Source of the DNA: an uncultured virus (IMG/VR IMGVR_UViG_3300021197_001384)
Lineage: Duplodnaviria; Heunggongvirae; Uroviricota; Caudoviricetes
Length of the DNA: 20,000 nt
IMG/VR virus record: IMGVR_UViG_3300021197_001384
Reading direction: 5' to 3' (one strand)
Both the position numbers and the translations under genes were made by a program. Positions within the stretch are counted from its first letter, which is position 1, and each line of letters begins with the position of its first letter. Positions 14,442 through 20,000 of the stretch are shown one piece after another. The notes beneath the pieces are model-generated. The model was not told where the DNA came from. It saw only the letters and a program-made list of their open reading frames with translations, and made no database searches.

Positions 14442-15572
14442 TTATTTACGCTTAGAGTGTTGAAGAGTGCGGAGAGCTATAAAGTCCTGTGTAGCACCTG
14501 AAGTTGAGAATCGTTGTTGGACGTCTTTCACTGCCTTAGCAGTGCGAGGTTCTGGCTGCTCGCTTTGAGCAGTGGAACTAATCGAGATAGACGGAGGAGT
14601 GATTCTTGCGCTAGGCTTTGGCTGATTAACTGGCTTCCGATTATAAATGGAATTAGCAGCGTGAGCTATCATATATTCCATATACGGTTCCAAATCAGGC
14701 ACCTTCTCTACAGCCTCTTTAATCAAGGGGCTTTCGCGAAGGGATTCAAACTGCTTTCGCACATCATTGTCCTCTCCATCAATCCAAGAAAGCTCGGACT
14801 TAACAGCTTCAGAAAACTGCGCCTTCATATTAAGGCGTTGCTCTTTAGCCTGTAAATCCTGCAATCGTGCAGGCAAAAACGTCTTACGGGATTTTTGGGA
14901 ATCTCGCAAAACCTTTCGCACCTGAGCCTTTGTAATCTCTTGGTCGCCATTTTGTGCAACAACATCATCTGCTGCCAGATGGTCATTATTCCACAAAACA
15001 TCTTCTGCCCATTCAATAGCTTCGTCAATTTCGCGGGCTTTTGCCTGCAAATCTTCAACGGAATTGATGTCAGAAAAGGGGTTGTTTTCAACCTTCTTAA
15101 CTTCCAAGGGATCTTTTTGGCTTTCACGACTTTGCATTTCCTGCTTCAAGGCATTAAGCTGTTCCTCGGCTTGCTTACGCTTTGCGGTAAGCTCACCAAA
15201 TCTAGCTACTGCTCGGCTCCCTAGCTTTTCGGCTAGTTCACGAAGCTCGGCCTCTGACATGGATTCTAGGTCGATCTCGCTCTTAGAAAGAACTTCCTCT
15301 TCGTCTTGGCTTTCAGGCTGATCCTCGTTGACGATTTCCGCGTTAGATTCGTCTTGAGGTTCTGGAGCAGTTTCCTCCTCCACCTGTTCTGCCTTAACTT
15401 CCGATTCTTGGGGTTCTGTATTAATCTCCTTAGTAAACACTTTAGGTTCACCAGAAGGTTTTCCATCACCACCTTTGCGATGGAGTGCATACATTCCAAA
15501 CGCAAGATTATCTGACTGTTCCGCTGGACTTGGTTCACCCGCAGCGTTGGGTGTTAGGACTTCATTAGACAT
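14442..15572 (-). CDS. capsid scaffolding protein
   Basis: Very acidic N-terminus, coiled coil (RFGELTAKRKQAEEQL), Pro-rich linker, directly upstream of the capsid gene; start ATG 15572. Confidence 0.8.
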   Translation of the reverse strand: MSNEVLTPNAAGEPSPAEQSDNLAFGMYALHRKGGDGKPSGEPKVFTKEINTEPQESEVKAEQVEEETAPEPQDESNAEIVNEDQPESQDEEEVLSKSEIDLESMSEAELRELAEKLGSRAVARFGELTAKRKQAEEQLNALKQEMQSRESQKDPLEVKKVENNPFSDINSVEDLQAKAREIDEAIEWAEDVLWNNDHLAADDVVAQNGDQEITKAQVRKVLRDSQKSRKTFLPARLQDLQAKEQRLNMKAQFSEAVKSELSWIDGEDNDVRKQFESLRESPLIKEAVEKVPDLEPYMEYMIAHAANSIYNRKPVNQPKPSARITPPSISISSTAQSEQPEPRTAKAVKDVQQRFSTSGATQDFIALRTLQHSKRK

Positions 15573-15619
15573 AGTTATCAACGCTCTCTTTATACGCCTG
15601 AGCGATTTGCGATAATGAC

Positions 15620-15649
15620 ATTATAACAGTCATTTTTATTGCTTTACAA
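15620..15649 (-). promoter_or_regulatory. sigma70-like promoter for scaffold/capsid genes
   Basis: Minus strand TTGTAA-18 nt-TATAAT with extended -10 (TGtTATAAT) and an AT-rich upstream tract. Confidence 0.7.
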
Positions 15650-15671
15650 AAAAACAAAAAAATAATACTTT
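15643..15671 (+). promoter_or_regulatory. possible divergent sigma70-like promoter for the antisense ORF
   Basis: TTTACA (15643-15648)-17 nt-TACTTT (15666-15671); ATG at 15677. Confidence 0.4.
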
Positions 15672-15676
15672 TATTT

Positions 15677-15883
15677 ATGAGTTCTAATAACCCAAAACAA
15701 TCACCCCACGACTGGACCGCTCCAGAACATTGGAGCGTAGCCAAAACAATGGATCGCGTTAAAATTAAAAACAACGAGCACCACGCAAAGCTATACCCTT
15801 TTGGGGAGCTGGTGATTAAAGAGCATCCTATTTTTCAATACTCACGGAGAAATCCTCCAGCGCATGTATTAAAAAGTATTTAG
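15677..15883 (+). CDS. lone antisense-orientation small ORF (68 aa) inside the head module
   Basis: Fills the gap between the promoter region and the convergent 15880-16101 gene; the two stop codons overlap. Confidence 0.45.
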   Translation: MSSNNPKQSPHDWTAPEHWSVAKTMDRVKIKNNEHHAKLYPFGELVIKEHPIFQYSRRNPPAHVLKSI

Positions 15884-16101
15884 TGCGTCTTTTCCGCGTG
15901 CCGAAACAGTATACTTTCGGCGTTAGACATTTTAAGGATCTGGTCGTATGCCAGAATCTGCCCAGAGATTTGCTGAACCTTTTCAGTTTCTGCATCAAAT
16001 AGTGCAGAAATGCAGGATTCACGCTCATCTTTAATTGATTGCAGAAAGTCTGCAAACTGAGAAACGTGGGAAAGATGATCTAATGATTGTTCTAGTGACA
16101 T
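15880..16101 (-). CDS. small head-module protein (73 aa)
   Basis: Helical protein (VQQISGQILAYDQIL) of the kind found between portal and scaffold genes; TAATG overlap. Confidence 0.75.
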   Translation of the reverse strand: MSLEQSLDHLSHVSQFADFLQSIKDERESCISALFDAETEKVQQISGQILAYDQILKMSNAESILFRHAEKTH

Positions 16102-16637
16102 TATTGAGCGTATTTACGAACCATTGAAGCAAGGTTGAGTGCGCGTCCCTTTACCTGACGGGCCCACTTGCTATCAAGCATTTCACGCGCTGCTACGTTG
16201 TAATCCTTTTCCATAAGAGCAGCTTTAGTGTTTTCAAACGTTCTTAGGTTAGTTAAACCTAGATTGAAAGACATATCAATTATAGCCTTCTTTACGTCAG
16301 ACGGCTGCTCATCAAAGTTCGGTAACCACTTACGAGCATCGTTAAATGCTTGGATAATAGACTCATTATAAAGACGTTTAATTTCCGGCTCGGTTAAACG
16401 AACCTTTTTGTCAACTAAGTCTTTTACGTCATAACCCATCTTCCTAATAATCCGCTGGTTATGGGGCTGTGATAGGTTAAAGCCAATACCAATAGTAGGC
16501 TTTTTCTCACTATCAAGATAAGCATATTGCCTAACTCCTTCGTGTTGAGCAATTTGCTTATACAGGTCTTCAGAGAATTTCTTTTGCTGCGAGCTTGCCT
16601 GATTAGCTACCTCATTGTAGTTGCCAACATCAGGCAT
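16101..16637 (-). CDS. T4-lysozyme-like muramidase (GH24)
   Basis: Start at ATG 16637, just after the portal stop; HEGVRQYAYLDSEKKPTIGIG (E-D-T triad), AIIDMSFNLG, EMLDSKWARQVKGRA. Confidence 0.88.
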   Translation of the reverse strand: MPDVGNYNEVANQASSQQKKFSEDLYKQIAQHEGVRQYAYLDSEKKPTIGIGFNLSQPHNQRIIRKMGYDVKDLVDKKVRLTEPEIKRLYNESIIQAFNDARKWLPNFDEQPSDVKKAIIDMSFNLGLTNLRTFENTKAALMEKDYNVAAREMLDSKWARQVKGRALNLASMVRKYAQ

Positions 16638-16638
16638 A

Positions 16639-18729
16639 TCAACCGCCCATGCTTTGAGTGTTAACATCGCCCATAGCAGCAGGAGTAGTCCCAACGCGGC
16701 CAATTTGCGCGTTCTGCGCTTGCTGCTGCTGGAAGGTATATTGACCAGCATACTTTTGAATACGCGCTGAAAACGCTTCATCATTTTGTAGACGTTCATC
16801 AACATCAGGCTGTTGGGTGTATTCTTGGATGACTTGCAATGCAATTTGAGCACCATTTGGTCTAGCAGGCATTTCAATGCCTGCAAAGATTTTAGTTAGG
16901 TCATCGGTAACAAACTTCACGATTTGCTGCTGGGCCTCTTCTACAGGCTGCAATACGGCGTCTGCTGCAATAGGATCAATAGCATTTGCCGCAATATCAA
17001 TAAGCGCGTCTGGGTTAATCCGCCCATTCCGGTCAAGCTGAATCAAGCTAACAAGCTGGTTAAGTTTTGACTCTTGAGTTTCGGGGTCAGCATTAAGCAC
17101 ATCGTAACCAATCACAATGTCGTAGTTTTCATCAGGATCACCCTTATCAAACTCCATTGGGTCAACAACTCCGGTGACACGGAAAAACACTTGGTCTGGC
17201 CCAAACCGTTGGTAGCACTTAAAGGACATTTTAATCACCTCTTGAACGTGGGCCAAGAACTTGTCCAAAATAAACTGCCGCTTAGTGGAAGATGCTGGGT
17301 CGGCCTGACCAAGACCAACCAACTCATCAGCAACCTTTAGAAGCGTTTGCTCCATCTCCATAGAGCCTGGGTTGTATTGTGGCTGTGGACCAAACTGAAA
17401 CTCTCCACCACGGCGATATGGAACAAATCGGCCAGGCCCCCAGTCGCTAGGAGCATTGCCAACGGGGTGCATAATCGGCGGCATCGTAGCCATTGAGTTG
17501 CGATCAATGCGGCTGTCCCGTTCAATCTTTACCTGCCACTGAATGCCACGCAGAACGTCGGCCATGCTCTGAATATCGTAAAGACGTTTAGACGCTTCGC
17601 TAATACGAGTGACTACCACGGGATAATCCTCGTAGCCGTTCATTAACTCAAACTTAGCGTATGGTTTTGTTTCCTCAATCTTAGACGAAAGCTCACGATG
17701 GAACACCGTGCAGTAGATGCCTTCAGAGTTATCAATAGGGTCAATCAACCGCTGATAGCCATAAATAACCTCAATCAGCTCGTCAGCATTATATCCCATG
17801 TCGTCCCACAACGCAGAGCTGCGATGGGTATTGTCATTGCCAATAGTGTCAACATTTACGCCGCGATAGTGCTCAATGACATAATCCACCCAGTCGGCAT
17901 CCCAGCCTTCCGTAGACACTTTATTCTTTAGCTCCTGTGGCGTAAAGTAGGTGCGCCAAAAACAATAAGGAGCCCGTTGTGGATCAGTAGTGTAGGAAGG
18001 AAAGAAGAAGTCACCATCGGGGGTCAGGGACTGAACAAGAGGGCAATCAACCTGTCTACGGCTAACCGGAATTTCGGCCACTCCTTTTTTCCGCAAGTCC
18101 TTCAATGCTTTCTTGGCGCGAGCGTCAGTTACCGAAGGATAGACGGAACGCATCATTGCAATAAGCTCGTCGTCCCCAGACCCATCCATAACCATTTCAG
18201 CAAGCTGTGGGTCAACCTGAGCTAACTGCTGAAGGTCAAGCTGTTGCAGGTATGTGCGATCTTCACGCTGCCACCCAACATAAGTGATGGCCATACCGCG
18301 CTCCAGTAGGTGGTTAGCCGAAGCCTCCATCTCTTTCTTGAACCGTGGAATGTAGCTACTCACCATCCACTTCAGGAACGAGCTAACCACTCGGGCGCGT
18401 GACATGTCCCCAAACTCTACGGGATAAGCACGAATGTTGGCCCTCACCATAGAAGAAATAAGCAACGCTACATAGCTATTAATACGGGAATCAATAACGT
18501 GCGCCTCGGAGTCCGAAGCACCATCCCAAGGGAACGCATCAGAGCCATGCTTGCGAAGGTCTCGGTTCTTCCCAGGCCAGATGTTGTTGCGGTCGTCATA
18601 ACTCTGACGGCATTGCTGAAAGTATGCTTCTAGGTCTACAAGCGTATCATCACACGCTTTTTGCAAGACCATAACATTTGGCTCCTTAGAGGCAAACGTA
18701 AGAGACTTTTCTTGGCTCTTAGTGTTCAT
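16639..18729 (-). CDS. portal protein
   Basis: 696 aa between terminase and scaffold; FPWDGASD N-terminal motif and Gln-rich C-terminus. Confidence 0.85.
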   Translation of the reverse strand: MNTKSQEKSLTFASKEPNVMVLQKACDDTLVDLEAYFQQCRQSYDDRNNIWPGKNRDLRKHGSDAFPWDGASDSEAHVIDSRINSYVALLISSMVRANIRAYPVEFGDMSRARVVSSFLKWMVSSYIPRFKKEMEASANHLLERGMAITYVGWQREDRTYLQQLDLQQLAQVDPQLAEMVMDGSGDDELIAMMRSVYPSVTDARAKKALKDLRKKGVAEIPVSRRQVDCPLVQSLTPDGDFFFPSYTTDPQRAPYCFWRTYFTPQELKNKVSTEGWDADWVDYVIEHYRGVNVDTIGNDNTHRSSALWDDMGYNADELIEVIYGYQRLIDPIDNSEGIYCTVFHRELSSKIEETKPYAKFELMNGYEDYPVVVTRISEASKRLYDIQSMADVLRGIQWQVKIERDSRIDRNSMATMPPIMHPVGNAPSDWGPGRFVPYRRGGEFQFGPQPQYNPGSMEMEQTLLKVADELVGLGQADPASSTKRQFILDKFLAHVQEVIKMSFKCYQRFGPDQVFFRVTGVVDPMEFDKGDPDENYDIVIGYDVLNADPETQESKLNQLVSLIQLDRNGRINPDALIDIAANAIDPIAADAVLQPVEEAQQQIVKFVTDDLTKIFAGIEMPARPNGAQIALQVIQEYTQQPDVDERLQNDEAFSARIQKYAGQYTFQQQQAQNAQIGRVGTTPAAMGDVNTQSMGG

Positions 18730-18938
18730 AAAGTTTTACTATTAAATTTTTTAGAAAAAGACAAAATTGCAGTGTGGGTAAATGTGGGATGCGCCCCAAT
18801 CTTTTCACAAATTACAGAAGGGGCAATTGGATCAGGATACCCAGTAAGTTCTTGATAAAGAACCTCAAACCCAAGAAGCCTGTCTATTTGTTGGTCAACC
18901 CACTTGCTATTACAAGTTATATCCGGTAAGTGCTGCAT
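18726..18938 (-). CDS. hypothetical protein (70 aa)
   Basis: Overlaps both neighbours; ATGA coupling with the portal start. Confidence 0.6.
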   Translation of the reverse strand: MQHLPDITCNSKWVDQQIDRLLGFEVLYQELTGYPDPIAPSVICEKIGAHPTFTHTAILSFSKKFNSKTL

Positions 18939-19296
18939 GCCTGTAGGTTGTGTCCTTATTGTCGGTAATAGCGTTAATAGGAAATTTCTTACCTTTTAGC
19001 TTACCACGAAGTTTATTTGGAATAAGAACCGGACGCTTTCCGTCCACCCCGTCAATCTTTGCATAAACCCAACGCGGGTTAGGAGCTTCGTGAACATAAG
19101 TTCCATATATTACGCTTGGAGAAAACTCTGGCAACTCAAGGGCTAAAAAGATTTTCTTAACAGCGTCTTGCGTAAACCAAGTATTCTTCCCCCTTCCGCT
19201 CCAGTCCTCATCTATAAGTTTTGTTTCCTTAATATGAAGCAGGTCATTTACGCTGACATCAAGGTCTTTAGCTAAATTAGTAATTTTCGTTTTCAT
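18910..19296 (-). CDS. hypothetical protein (128 aa), possible N-terminal HTH
   Basis: TAATG overlap with terminase; KITNLAKDLDVSVNDLL is HTH-like. Confidence 0.7.
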   Translation of the reverse strand: MKTKITNLAKDLDVSVNDLLHIKETKLIDEDWSGRGKNTWFTQDAVKKIFLALELPEFSPSVIYGTYVHEAPNPRWVYAKIDGVDGKRPVLIPNKLRGKLKGKKFPINAITDNKDTTYRHAALTGYNL

Positions 19297-20000
19297 TAAT
19301 ATCCTCCTTTATTGGGTCGTGTGGCTTGCAGTCCGGTTTTAGAAACATAATCAATTCCATAGACAGCCGCGTAACGCAGGCAGTCAATTGGGTCTTTCCA
19401 CGGATGGTCCCGTGTTTTTCCATCATAGTGCTGCATAGATGATATGGTGTTCTCTAGCTCGTCAGAGATGTAAAAGTGTGGGCGATTCTGGGCATCAATC
19501 GGCTTCTGCGGATTATAGGAAAGCTTGTCTTGAATGGCCTGGAGACCAGGCTCCTCGTCGATGCCTGGAGCCGGAATCATAATTAGCCCTTGGTTTTCTA
19601 GATCGCTAATGTAATCGCTTTGACCTCCGTGCTCTGCGCTGTATTTGTTGGCTCCCATGCGAGGGTCAATCAGGCGCGTCATTATCTTCTCTTGCCCCTC
19701 AAGCTCGCGTATAACCTCCGCGTAGTCACGAACACCATAGCCCAGCCGCTGGCGACACGCCTCTCCTGCTGCCCACTTGCCGTTCTTCTCCTCTGCCCAC
19801 TTGCCATACAGGATTCCTGGCCACTCACGATACACATACCAAGTGTCTGTAGCATCCACCCCAATCCACGTAATGAACCAAGGCTTGCTGCCAGCAGGGT
19901 CAACCACCATGTATAGGGTGCAGTCCTCCAGCTTCTCCTCTACCTCCGCATGTGGTATAACATTCACGTCTGGGTTAAAGCGAGGGAACTTGCTAGCCAT
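19296..20000 (-). CDS. terL: terminase large subunit, C-terminal nuclease domain (partial)
   Basis: MVVDPAGSKPW, YVYREWP, RLIDP and KDPIDCLRY RNase H-like motifs; the gene probably extends beyond the window edge. Confidence 0.88.
   Translation of the reverse strand: MASKFPRFNPDVNVIPHAEVEEKLEDCTLYMVVDPAGSKPWFITWIGVDATDTWYVYREWPGILYGKWAEEKNGKWAAGEACRQRLGYGVRDYAEVIRELEGQEKIMTRLIDPRMGANKYSAEHGGQSDYISDLENQGLIMIPAPGIDEEPGLQAIQDKLSYNPQKPIDAQNRPHFYISDELENTISSMQHYDGKTRDHPWKDPIDCLRYAAVYGIDYVSKTGLQATRPNKGGY

Noticed and set aside
13467..14501. 344-aa plus-strand ORF opposite the capsid gene
   Set aside because: Antisense shadow of a strongly codon-biased gene; no motifs.
16638..16886. N-terminal extension of the lysozyme with a hydrophobic, SAR-like stretch
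   Set aside because: It lies wholly within the portal gene in another frame; ATG 16637 just after the portal stop is the simpler start.
1..20000. Alternative genetic code, tRNA genes or integrase
   Set aside because: Genes tile well under the standard code, and I saw no tRNA cloverleaf or recombinase motifs by eye.

Overview
This window is part of a tailed dsDNA phage genome (podovirus-like) with two convergent arms. The + strand arm (1-7833, GC-rich) carries many small early genes, a DUF932 protein, an SSB-like protein, a NUMOD4-HNH endonuclease, a replication initiator-like protein, a DnaC-like ATPase, a SWIM-finger protein and a RuvC-like resolvase, and ends at a terminator near 8000. The - strand arm (20000-8030, mostly AT-richer) carries terminase large subunit (partial), portal, a T4-lysozyme-like muramidase, scaffold, major capsid, head-tail adaptor, a tail fibre with an S74 chaperone, DUF1353, a lipoprotein and a holin-like gene. 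The main non-coding result is a complete type II hammerhead ribozyme with a pseudoknot at 2016-2075. It is the third of three consecutive intergenic cassettes of the form stop codon, structured RNA, AACAACTGTAA...CAAAAATG leader. The first two cassettes instead hold an unidentified covarying hairpin with a CC/CA internal loop, a candidate undescribed RNA-processing motif. A fused 30-codon ORF at 8243-8335 and abrupt GC shifts suggest a deletion/recombination junction or a chimeric assembly. All protein calls come from motif recognition by eye; no searches were run.
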